From the NCBI RefSeq assembly GCF_009914755.1, contig NC_060938.1: a stretch of DNA of 64,000 nt; one strand, given 5' to 3'. Below the pieces are notes generated by a model that was not told where the DNA came from, did no database searches, and was given only the letters and a program-made list of their open reading frames with translations. The DNA comes from the human T2T-CHM13v2.0 reference genome, Homo sapiens. The translations under genes were made by a program, and so were the position numbers. Every line of letters begins with the position of its first letter. The stretch's first letter is position 1. Shown here in pieces: positions 51,759 to 64,000 of this stretch.

Positions 51759-52059
51759 GGGCTGGGCGCGGTGGCTTACGCCTGTAATCCCAGCACTTTG
51801 GGAGGCCGAGGCAGGTGGATCATGAGGTCAGGAGATCGAGACCATCCTGACTAGCACAGTGAAACCCTGTCTCTAGTAAAAATACAAAAAATTAGCCAGG
51901 CGTGGTGGCGGGTGCTTGTAGTCCCAGCTACTTAGGAGGCTGAGGCAGGAGAATGGCATGAACCTGGGAGGCGGAGCTTGCAGTGAGCTGAGATCGCGCC
52001 ACTGCACTCCAGCCTGGGCAACAGAGCAAGACTCCATCTCAAAAAACAAAAAAAAAAAA
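51759..52059 (+). mobile_element. AluY
   Basis: TSD aaaagttgttta; Y diagnostics (ggagatcgagaccatcctg, gaatggc, gagcttgc). Confidence 0.92.
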
Positions 52060-52541
52060 GTTGTTTAAACTGTGAGTATGGAATAACATATCCCATAATT
52101 GATAATAATCCCAATATTCTGGGTAAAAAATCCCAGCCTCTTCTGAGATTCTCAGCTAAATACTCACCACATTCCATAATTAAGTTGGTTTTCATAAACC
52201 ACATCCCTGGTAACTTAAAACAAAAAAATCATTGCAATGGTCCCTCTGCCATCAAACCTTTCCCCTCATTGCTCTTTTTATCAATAAAATGCAAGTTGAC
52301 AGACTAAAAATGAGACAAAGCAAAGCACCAAGGGAACCAGAGAGGTTCAGCAAGACCCTGGGTATGAACACTCGCACACATCTCTGGGTCCTCTAAGGTC
52401 CATAGCTTTATGATATACAAAGCTGACATCTGCTTATGGATGATCAAAGCCAAACCACAGGCGCAACTACTAAGAGCTCTCTAGACTTCTATAATCTCCC
52501 CAAGTACATCTTTTGGAAAGTAGAATGCATTGGACAAGATT

Positions 52542-52632
52542 TTTACTAAGCCATAAGCATTTATTGCAAAGAGTTCCACTGGTTTGTTCTCCCATATGGT
52601 CTCAAACATTTCTGGTTAATACCAGACTATTA
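52542..52632 (-). repeat. Arm B of the 91-bp long-range inverted repeat (partner 48917-49007)
   Basis: See arm A. Confidence 0.95.
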
Positions 52633-53017
52633 ACCTTCATGTTCTTTTCACTGATCTTTAAATTGTAATAAATTTGTTGGGTTCTAGTAAGTCCTGGGCC
52701 CAAGAGCTAGATAAATGGTGCCTCATTCCCCCTGCTATTGGAGTGAAGTACAAGATCTGCCCAATTATACTTCAAGTAAGTTCAGAGTGGGAGTGAATCC
52801 CAGAGAGCAAACTACCTGATGGTCCCTTTAAGTGAACCTAAAATACCAGTTAAATGCTGGGCTCTTAACCCTGAGGCAGAAGTGAAATATTATTAAAGAA
52901 AGGAAAGAAAGCGGGCTTTATCAAAATGACAGTGTCAGGAAGCTTTGTTACTCAGTGGCACAGTAATAAATAAATAAAGACACAGTTAATAAGTGTGCAA
53001 AAATGAATATATAAATA

Positions 53018-53322
53018 CAGTCATGTGCCAAATAACAACATTTCGGTCAACACAGACCACATATACCACGGTGGTCCCATAAAATTTTAACAGGGTTGAA
53101 AAAGGCCTACTGCCTAGTGATTTGTGTTACAATTGGCTACGGTATTCACCACAGGTTTGTAGCCTGGGAAGAACAGGCAATACTACATAGTTCAGGTGTG
53201 TCATAGTAGGCTACACCATCTAGGTTTGTGTAATTACTGTATACTTATGATGTTCACACAATACAATTGCCTAAGGATGCATTTCTCAGAACATATACTG
53301 GTTGTTAAGTAATGCATGACTG
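53018..53322. mobile_element. Tigger3a/MER7A-like non-autonomous element
   Basis: TA|CAGTCATG...CATGACTG|TA termini. Confidence 0.85.
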
Positions 53323-53436
53323 TAAACAAAATTGTGCTGCTTAAGATTTGGGGTACAATTAGGCAACTTCAGCAAAGAGCAAGGAAAAAACTCAATAGCT
53401 TTATGCACAGCTGACAAAAAAGCTTTAAAAAGTTAC

Positions 53437-53538
53437 CGCTGACGATCTGACTTGTATGTGGCTGTCAGCTCGTCAAACATGGTGCTGTTCATTTCCATAA
53501 ATGCCTTCAACACATTGTACACCAACGCCACAATAGCC
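53437..53538 (-). CDS. PPP2R5E: PPP2R5E penultimate exon, 102 nt, phase 2-2 ([34 protein letters not shown])
   Basis: tttccag|G GCT ATT GTG GCG ... GAT CGT CAG CG|gtaact; phases join correctly to both neighbours (CC+G = Pro, CG+T = Arg). Confidence 0.97.
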
Positions 53539-53737
53539 CTGGAAAGCACAGAAAAAAAGGAGTGTGTTAGTTAGTCTTATAAAATGGGATACTGAATGAA
53601 GAAAGCAAAAGCACAACTTTTGTCTGAATGATTTCTCGTACTGCACACTGTCTGTATCCTTTTTTAGTTGGAACAACTGAAAATGACCTACAGTTCATTT
53701 CCACATCAAGAGATTTCAAGGCAAGATAATTTTCTGA

Positions 53738-54247
<510 letters not shown>

Positions 54248-55824
54248 TAACACATAATTCATCAAAATCAGAAGCTACTTCCCTAGAAACAAATGTTATA
54301 TATATATGTGTATATATATAAATTATTCTTATCCAAAGAAATGAAATCAAGCCCTCATGTAGGTTGGGTGGTTCAATATGAATTATCTGTCTAGCTCTGA
54401 TCTGCACCAGTCCTGCTGACCCAAAATATATGCTGATAACTGGCAAGCTGGGATGGTTGCTATTAGCTATGGGACACTATACAGCTAAACAGCCAAAATG
54501 GTAGCCCATACTTAACAAGAATTAGCTCTTGGGCAATGTGAGGACAAGGTTATGATGGGCTTGATAGCTTCAGACTAGAGTCTAAATAGCTTTTCCTTTT
54601 GCAAAAATATCCGTTGCTTCCGTTTTGCAACAAACATGCTCCTAATACCACTGAAAAATGCATTGGTAAAAATTAGCCATATATTAAATAAACCATGAGT
54701 CTGATGTTTCCAAAACATTTACAAGAAAGTACACTTGCTGTGTAGCTTCTGCCTTGTGCCATTAAAAGGAAAATTTAAGTTCTTTTCTGTTAAGGTTCCA
54801 GAATGACCTTCCTCCCAAGGGCAGTGATGGGAAAGCACCAAATGTAGTATACTGAGTAGTTACAGACACTTGCTAGAACCGTTCTCTAGGTCCTCAAGAG
54901 ACTATCTGTATAAAGGGACTTAACTGTTTATCAGCTCCTTATTTTTACAAGTTCTATTAATATAATTAGGCAAATTTGAAAAATTAGAAATGTGATATTT
55001 TATAATTACATGCAAAATTTTTAAAGATAAACATATTATGAATATACTGAATTGTATCTCCCAATTTTTAAATACCACATTAAATTTTCCTTCTATTCCA
55101 CAGAGAAAAATGTAAAGGCATTCAAATTCAGAATGCTTTAACTTTCATAGGGCTGGATGTTAAACTTCCCTTGATGATTTTAAACTCCTTCCTTTCCAAG
55201 AGATACATATAGCGACTGAGTTGGCTGTTAAATAGATCACACTAAAATGAAAACCTAGTCAGACCACTTCCCCACTTAACAACCCTTCAGTACTTCCTCA
55301 TCATCTACTTGGTGAAGGCTCACACGAGTCCCACAGTCTTTTCTAGCCACATCCTCTAGCACCCTCCCCAAAAGACCTTGTGCCTCAGCCCTCCCAAACT
55401 CACAGGTCTCAGAAACTGACAGCTGCTTTTTACATCTTTGTGCCTTTTAACATGATGGATGGACCCACTGTCTGAAAGGGCTCTCCCCATGCCATCCACC
55501 TGCCAAATTCCTTTCAGATTCAGTCTAAGCATGGCCATGCTGTCAGTATCTACACACCTCTCCTCTCAGCTGCAGTGCCTCCCCAAAAGATCTGCTACCT
55601 TCATAGACAGATCAAGAAGCCTGTCTAGTAAACAGATACTTTAACCGGTATTTTGTTAAAGTATCTGTTTATTTTCTCCAGTCAGTGAATCCCCAGAAGG
55701 TAAGGATTTTATCTTTTCACATACGTCTTCAGCAACAAGGACAGCATCTGGCACATAATAAGGCTGAAGGGAAAGAAAGAGAGGAAGGGAGGAAGAGAAC
55801 GGAGGAAAGAAACTGAAAACCTAC

Positions 55825-55952
55825 GGATTCCAATGTTCTTTTGAAATCCTATAAAGGCTGGAAAACATGATGGGAAGGATGACGTTAGAGTTTTCTTCTA
55901 TCAAACTCATGATGTATTCATTATTCCAATAATAGAGTGCTCTTTCTGCCAC
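55825..55952 (-). CDS. PPP2R5E: PPP2R5E internal coding exon, 128 nt, phase 0-2 ([43 protein letters not shown])
   Basis: ttttcccaaag|GTG GCA GAA AGA GCA ... CAT TGG AAT CC|gtaggt; B56 VAERAL and HWN motifs. Confidence 0.98.
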
Positions 55953-56098
55953 CTTTGGGAAAAGAAAAATAAAATGTTAAGAGAGAGAAAAAGACAAAGA
56001 TAAAACAAAATTATAAATCTTTCCAAACAAAAGTATTTCAAAAGGCTATTTGTAAATCATTCAATTAGAGGTAAAATTAAATATTAATCACATTTTAA

Positions 56099-56781
<683 letters not shown>

Positions 56782-56984
56782 TTAATTTATATTCTTCTCT
56801 AATTCTGCCCATGTCATCTGATTCCACACTTTCCTGACATCACTTTAGCACATCTCACTGGTCCCCTTTCTTATGTTTTTCATCACACACACTTAGATCG
56901 AACCCAGGGCCCAGCATATGGTTAGCATTCAGTCACAGCTACTGAGGAACACCCACAGTTGCTCATCCCTGTAGAGCGGCCAAT

Positions 56985-57835
56985 ATTTACTAAGTACCTC
57001 CTATGGGCAGGCACTGTGCCTACACAGCAAGTAGAATGTATCATCCTTACCACCATCCCAGAAGGAGATACCATTGTGCTCATTTTACAGGTGAGGACAC
57101 AGAGACTCAGGGAGACTGAGTAATGTAGGCAAGGTTACACTGACAATATGGTAAAGACTGGGGCCTCATTTCTAGGGCTTCTTCCAGAGTTTGTTTCTGG
57201 TCCCTTCCTGTGCAAGCCAGGAGATGTCTGCTCAGTTTCTGGTCTCAGGGACACTGGCTGCACCTACCCTCTCTGCTCTCTTAGATCCCTTTTCTCTGCC
57301 CACCATGCTATCAACTGGCTCTAATTTGGTCTGCTGGGCCTGATTGGCTCATCTTGGATTTCATGAATTCAAAAGAACATCTCAAAAACAAAACCTAAAA
57401 TCTCTAAAAAGGGTAGTTACAGGGGAAAAGGGAAAAAGGGGTGGCTTCCTTCATTTATACAGATTAAGAAGCCCTGTTTTAGAAGAGAACAAAATGGTAT
57501 AAGATGTATCTACCGAAAGACACTGAGAAAACAGAATTTTTCCATTTACATTATTCAGCTTGGTTCAAAAAACAAAACAAAACCCTGAGACTCATTAGGC
57601 ACCAGACCCTGAGAGTACAAAGAAAACAATCATTACTGCATGTTCACTATATGCCAGGCACTGTGCTAAGTGTCCCACATATATAATATCTCATTTCCTC
57701 ACAACCAACAGAGTTGGTACCATTACTTTTCTATTTTGTGGATGAAGAATCTGAGACTCAGAGAAGCCATTGGCTCAAGGTCACATGGCTAGTAAGTGGC
57801 AGATTCCAAAGTCTCTATTCTTAACCTCTTTACTC
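56985..57835 (-). mobile_element. Two MIR fragments (~56985-57165 and ~57635-57835)
   Basis: cattttacaggtgaggacacagagactcag and tatgccaggcactgtgctaag..gatgaagaatctgagactcagaga cores. Confidence 0.7.
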
Positions 57836-57915
57836 TGTTATCCCTAAAGAGTTCGCACACTGGTGGGAGAAGGGGCATCTACAAGCCTATCCAATGTAAA
57901 CTGTGACAGATGCTA

Positions 57916-58540
<625 letters not shown>

Positions 58541-59067
58541 CTAACTGGTTAGAGGAAAATCCTAGGTGCCTCCTTCTTTACTGGCATCCTCCCGTGGTCT
58601 CTTTGGACATTCCTCCAGAATCCAATATTTACCTGCCATTTAACTCTAACAACTTCCTTAATCTCTTATATATCCATTTTAATATGTAAACCCACTAATA
58701 AAAGTATGTATCCAGCCCCTTAAAGAGGAAAGGTATTGTTTATGCAAAGTTAAAAATTACTGTGTCTGACAACAGGACAGAGCCACTACTTTCCTGGGAT
58801 CCACTGTCCTTCTGCACACACAGAGGCAGTGTCACCAGCGTGCAGACCTCAGATCTTAATGCCATACCTGAAGCAAGCAATGATAAGTGTCTGGCTACAT
58901 AAGGCGGCCACTCAATAAATGGATGAACCAGCAAATTCATTAATAAATGTTTGTGGATGAACCAGCAAACATTTATTAATGAACACTTAATAAATAAGAG
59001 CCTCTTCCCTTTGTTCTCAATTTTACTTCTGCCAAATAATTTAAAATCCTTTTTTCTTTCTTCGACA

Positions 59068-59438
59068 AATTGAATTGTGTCCCCTCCACAATTCATATGT
59101 TGAAGTCCTAATCCCCAACGTGACTATATTTGGACACAAGACTTTTAGGAGGTAATTAAGGTTACATGAGCTCATAAGGGTGGGGTCCTAACCAGATAAT
59201 ACAGGGGCCTTATAAGAAGAGGAAGAGAGTGAGATTGCCTCTCTCTGTATGCACATGCCAGGAAAGGCCACGTGAGCATACAGCAAGAAGAAGGCCATCT
59301 GCATGCCAGAAAGCAGGATCTCACCAGAAACCAACCATGCTGTCATCCTGATCTCAAACTTCTGGCCTCCAGGGCTGTGAGAAAATAAATGTCGTTTAAG
59401 TCGCCAGTCTTGTTATGGCAGCCCAAGCTGACAAAGAC
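59068..59438 (+). mobile_element. MLT1A/A0-like solo LTR
   Basis: ttgaattgtgtcccc..aattcatatgttgaagtcctaa...tgttatggcagcccaagctgac. Confidence 0.82.
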
Positions 59439-59468
59439 ATGGCCTCTCTTTTCTAAGCTTCTGAGTAA

Positions 59469-59819
<351 letters not shown>

Positions 59820-60992
59820 GATGATGCTCATTTTTAAAAAAATACTTGTTCCTTGACCTCCATAATGCCAAACATCCTGCTGAAAACTGAAAAAAATAAG
59901 GTAAACAATCCAGATGTGTGAGCACTAAAGGCCCTGAGTGGTATCAAAATATCTATATACTGTTCTGTAATTTTTCCATTTTTATTCAGGCTTGTCATGA
60001 TTTCTATCTTCTTTTTTCTTGCTTTGCGGTACAACTGCTAGACTGCCATAAAGTCACTGCTTTAACATATTAACATGTCTTTTGGTCAGAAATCAAAACA
60101 ACAGCAGCAGCTAGTGTCTCTAACTATACAGCATAGTTGACAGCTTAGGGAAAAAGTCCGCCATCAAATGACACCGTTAGAGGTCTGGTTCTGCGCTAAG
60201 AACCACAGTCTGAACAATCTCTTCCAATCAATAGGCACAGTCTAGGTTTATGAAACGGGCCTTAGGTGAGACAGCCAAAGAATCAAACCTAACGTGTGCT
60301 CCCCCAGTTTACCCTTCTTCCCTCCTGTGTGGGTTCCACAGCACTGCAGCCATGGCCCCAAGAAAGAAAAGTGTTGCCCCGAGTGGCCACGAGGAGGCAG
60401 AGCAGTGCTATGGGAAGGTCACCGGCTTTAGCAAGCAGCTACACCAAAGATCAAAATTTGACTCTACTCTCTATTAACTTGGGACCTATAGTAAATTGTT
60501 CTCCAAGCCTCATTTTTTTTTTTTTTTCATCTAGAAAAGCTTCAGAGGATAATGGGACATTTATAAATAATGTACCTAAAGTATCTAGCATAGTAAGGAA
60601 TATTAGGTTTTCTCCTTTTCCTCTTAAACATTATTTAGCATTCTCTCTTACACACTAGAGAAACCTCACCAGCCCACTTATTTAGAAATTATCTGAAATA
60701 CTTTTGACCACTTTGAGCTTCAGTGTTCACATCTGTATGTCTTTAAAAAAAAAACATAATGCCCTCCTTGCAGGGTGTTAGGAGAATTAAAGTTACTGGA
60801 GAGAAAGCACCATTACTGTGGCTGTTAGGCAGCAAGTGCTCAAGATAAGCTGGCCACTATTAAAATTATCATCATGTGAGGGGATAGCAAATAAACAATA
60901 GGTAGCTAGGGTCCATTACATTGCTTTTGAAACAAATAAAATTTAACCAAAATAACTCATGCTCCCTGGCTCATGTCCTCTTTACTACTAAC

Positions 60993-61112
60993 CTGAAAAT
61001 GGGGGCTAGATACACACTTGGCGATTTGTTTAAACAAAGGTTCTTGGATTTTAACAAATTGTGAAGGTTCAATCACATCCAATATTTCTTCCAGTTCCCC
61101 AAGGAACATGAC
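60993..61112 (-). CDS. PPP2R5E: PPP2R5E internal coding exon, 120 nt, phase 0-0 ([40 protein letters not shown])
   Basis: tacttacag|GTC ATG TTC ... CAT TTT CAG|gttagt; open frame with the B56 signature SSPHFQ. Confidence 0.98.
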
Positions 61113-61675
61113 CTGTAAGTACAAGCAAAATACAAGATGTGAGGCACATCATGAAAAAAAATCCATAAGAACAAGGAGGATTAATGAGAGTTTGGATTAT
61201 TTTAAGAAAAATTTACACATAAAACCAAACATACATGAACCAGTCATTATCCCATGTTAGAAGATGTTCGTTCCACAAAGAATTCACCATAGGGTACTTG
61301 GAAAAATTCTACGTACTTGGAAAAAATACTCTACTTGGTATATATATTACATAGAACGAGGGACACTCACACACTGCACCGGCCCCTGAGAAGCAAAACT
61401 GACCCCGTAGGGCCTTCCTCTCTATTATTAGTAATCCAGCTCTCTTTCCACAACACTTTTTTTTTTAAAAAAAACAATGAGAAGGTGGCCCTCCTAAATG
61501 GAAGAGGCAAAAGTTCAAATGTGGTTATTTGCCAAATACGTACAGCCCCTGCTACATGCTCAATGCTCTAGAACGCACTCATTAATACAACAAAAAGTTC
61601 AAGAAACACAAATGAGCAGACTCACTCACATGCAGGTGCCACTTCAAACCCATAAGCATGCACTGACGCATTCTC

Positions 61676-61676
<1 letters not shown>

Positions 61677-61718
<42 letters not shown>
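61677..61718. repeat. (AC)21 microsatellite, intronic
   Basis: Direct read. Confidence 0.93.
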
Positions 61719-61721
<3 letters not shown>

Positions 61722-62782
61722 TGCTCTCTACAAAGCACAGTGAATCTTGTGAACTCAGCACCGGGTGCCGCAAGAAACAGAGTTTTTAGATCACAATATG
61801 GAGCCAAATCTGCAGTAGAGTCAATTGTTTTAAATATAATGGGAAAATGACAGATAAATAAAAACCAGTTTACGTATTTAGCTATGAAAAAATAATTACT
61901 TTGAAAAAATAAAGTGAGCAATCAAAATATGAAAAATAACAATGCCTTCATATTTTGAGATGTATCTGGGTAGCAATGCACAGTTCAATTTTATCTAACA
62001 GATTTTAAGAAATTAAATGACTTTCTGAAATTAAAATAGAGTTTGGAGAATTGAAGCTGATTTGAGAAGGAAGGCGTTTCTGCTAAAAGTAAAATATAGT
62101 AGACCCTTGCCATTTGTTAATATGTATATGGAATTTCTCCCAAAGTTTTAACCAAATATAAAACTAACAGCTGATCTTTTTTTCTGAGCCATTTTCCACA
62201 TGGTTGCTAACCTTCCAGAAGAATGGCTGCAGATCTGGTGCTCAGTTAGGCTCAACTCCAGCTAAGAAACTCATGCACTACCCCATAACAACCTCACAAA
62301 GTAGCACATGCCTGGTGAATTCTCAGCAAAGGTACAAATGATTGTAGGCCTGAACCCCCCAGGGTCATTTGTGAATGGCTGAAACTAAAGGTCTGTTGTC
62401 TATTCTAAGATGACACAGCAAGATCCACCTATACCATGCTTTAAAATGAGTATTTGGGCAGGCTGCTCTAGCGTCTATGTACAGTGACAGCAAAACCTTC
62501 ATATTATGAAGGGGGCCACTCGGAAGGGAACATCAACAAAGCTAGACAACTGGACACCTGATTGGGGCCTGGCCTGGGCTTAGCGAGGCTGAAGAGCACA
62601 GTGAATAAAAAGACAGGGTTTAGGAGTCAAGGAGGCGAGTTCTGGCCTAATCATCTGTACTTACTTAGTGTACTGGGGCAGGCTATTTAACCTCTCTACA
62701 GTTTCATAACTAGTAAAACAAGAGTTCTGACAGCCCTGCCTTATAGAGTTACAATGAGGTTTAAATGAGATGATGCAGTTTT

Positions 62783-63105
62783 GCTTTGTTTTGTTTTGTT
62801 TTGTTTTGTTTTGTTTTGTTTTTGAGACAGAGTTCACTCTTGTTGCCCAGGCTGGAGTGCAATGGCACCATCTCGGCTCACTGCAAACTTCTGCCTCCCG
62901 GGTTCAAGCGATTCTCCTGCCTCAGCCTCCCGGGTAGCTGGGACTACAGGCATGCGCCACCACGCCTGGCTAATTTTGTATTTTTAGTAGAGATAGGGTT
63001 TCTCCATGTTGGTCAGGCTGGTCTCGAACTCCCGACCTCAGGTGATCTGCCCGCCTCGGCCTCCCAAAGTGCTGGGATTACAGGCATGAGCCACTGCGCC
63101 CAGCC
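62783..63105 (-). mobile_element. AluSp with (TTTTG)n tail inserted in a MIR (~62590-63170)
   Basis: TSD gatgatgc(a/g)gtttt; MIR core on both sides. Confidence 0.9.
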
Positions 63106-63199
63106 CTGATGATGCGGTTTTATACATGCTTAGCCCAATCCTTGGCACTCAGCAAAATATTCAGTAAGCTATGAACACTCTCTGACAGTAAGCACTTAC

Positions 63200-63250
63200 C
63201 TCTTTTTGACTACATGTTTTAGGCCAAAATTTCATTAACCCCCTAATAAC
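63200..63250 (-). CDS. PPP2R5E: PPP2R5E internal coding exon, 51 nt, phase 0-0 (VIRGLMKFWPKTCSQKE)
   Basis: cattttag|GTT ATT AGG GGG TTA ATG AAA TTT TGG CCT AAA ACA TGT AGT CAA AAA GAG|gtaagt; B56 KFWPKT motif; 104-nt intron separates it from the previous exon. Confidence 0.97.
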
Positions 63251-63354
63251 CTAAAATGAAAAGGAGAAAAACAAATGGCATTTAACTTTTTCATATATAC
63301 TTCTGGGAAAGGTAATTTTTCTTAAGTTTTTGAAATTATGGAAAAAAGACTTAC

Positions 63355-63408
63355 TGGTTCTGTGAGTGAAGGATCTTTCTCCAGAAACTGTACTATACAA
63401 TATGCCAG
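63355..63408 (-). CDS. PPP2R5E: PPP2R5E internal coding exon, 54 nt, phase 0-0 ([18 protein letters not shown]); the gene continues beyond the window end
   Basis: Reverse complement reads ttttttactcag|CTG GCA TAT TGT ATA GTA CAG TTT CTG GAG AAA GAT CCT TCA CTC ACA GAA CCA|gtaagt; conserved B56-family peptide. Confidence 0.97.
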
Positions 63409-64000
63409 CTGAGTAAAAAATAAAATAAAAGGCAAAATTTTAAATTCTATACAGTAAGGGCTCAAAAGATACACTATTAAAACTTCCTAAAAGGTTTCCA
63501 GACTGCTTTTAATAACTTCACATTCAATTCATTTTAATTATCATAAAATCTATATAAAGTAAAATAAGAAACTACTTTTTCAAGCCAAAGACTAATATTA
63601 ACAAGGCTCCAGGGAACTTTTCTTTAAAAAAGAGTATTAGGACATGAAATATGCAGCTAATGAAAAGCAGAGGTGAGACATCACATTCAGCATATTGTGG
63701 AATTATCTCACCTACATACACTTTGAGCTACATCTCAGGGGCTTCCTTTCTCTCTTTGCTAATATCAACAGTACTGAGTTTTACTGTAGTTCCACAAGAG
63801 TCCTCTATGGGAAGTAAGCACTTAATAAAAACTTTGCCAATTGCCTGAAATGGCACATGCAAACTAAAGCAGTTTCACGAGGAGATAAAAGGTTGTACCT
63901 GCCAGTCAGAACCTGGAGAAATGTAAGAATAGTTCTACATCTGGTACTAACACATCTAAGTAAGATTGTTTAAAATAATAATCATGAAATATGATATCCC

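Noticed and set aside
53473-53676. 67-aa minus-strand ORF overlapping the penultimate exon
   Set aside because: Wrong frame and begins in the intron; the spliced frame gives the B56 peptide
54296-54322. Palindromic TA-rich tract (also ~15625-15660)
   Set aside because: Low-complexity dinucleotide sequence is trivially self-complementary

Overview
Primate (most likely human) genomic DNA; no prokaryotic-type systems are present. The right third holds the 3' end of PPP2R5E (PP2A regulatory subunit B56-epsilon) on the minus strand. I spliced six GT-AG coding exons by hand (63408-63355, 63250-63200, 61112-60993, 55952-55825, 53538-53437, 47487-47388); they read [44 protein letters not shown]...SSPHFQ-VAERAL...[14 protein letters not shown]...[39 protein letters not shown] ~4.6-kb 3'UTR with no recognisable interspersed repeats follows and ends at an AATAAA at 42751-42756. 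The supplied ORF track misses the gene; its ORFs are repeat-derived or chance. Positions 1-42.6 kb look intergenic: a full-length decayed L1PB1 with intact 16-bp TSDs, many Alus, MaLR LTRs, Charlie1 and Tigger DNA transposons, and L2/MIR/old L1. I cannot support a wholly new biological system. The best unexplained structure is in the last PPP2R5E intron: a non-Alu 91-bp inverted repeat (87/91 identical, arms ~3.5 kb apart) that encloses a MER85, a perfect 17-bp hairpin and inverted Alus, and lies just downstream of an exon with two competing in-frame 5' splice sites. Several other perfect 13-18-bp fold-back insertions resembling template-switch scars are scattered through the window. Repeat subfamily names are from recognition by eye, and their boundaries are approximate unless TSDs are quoted.
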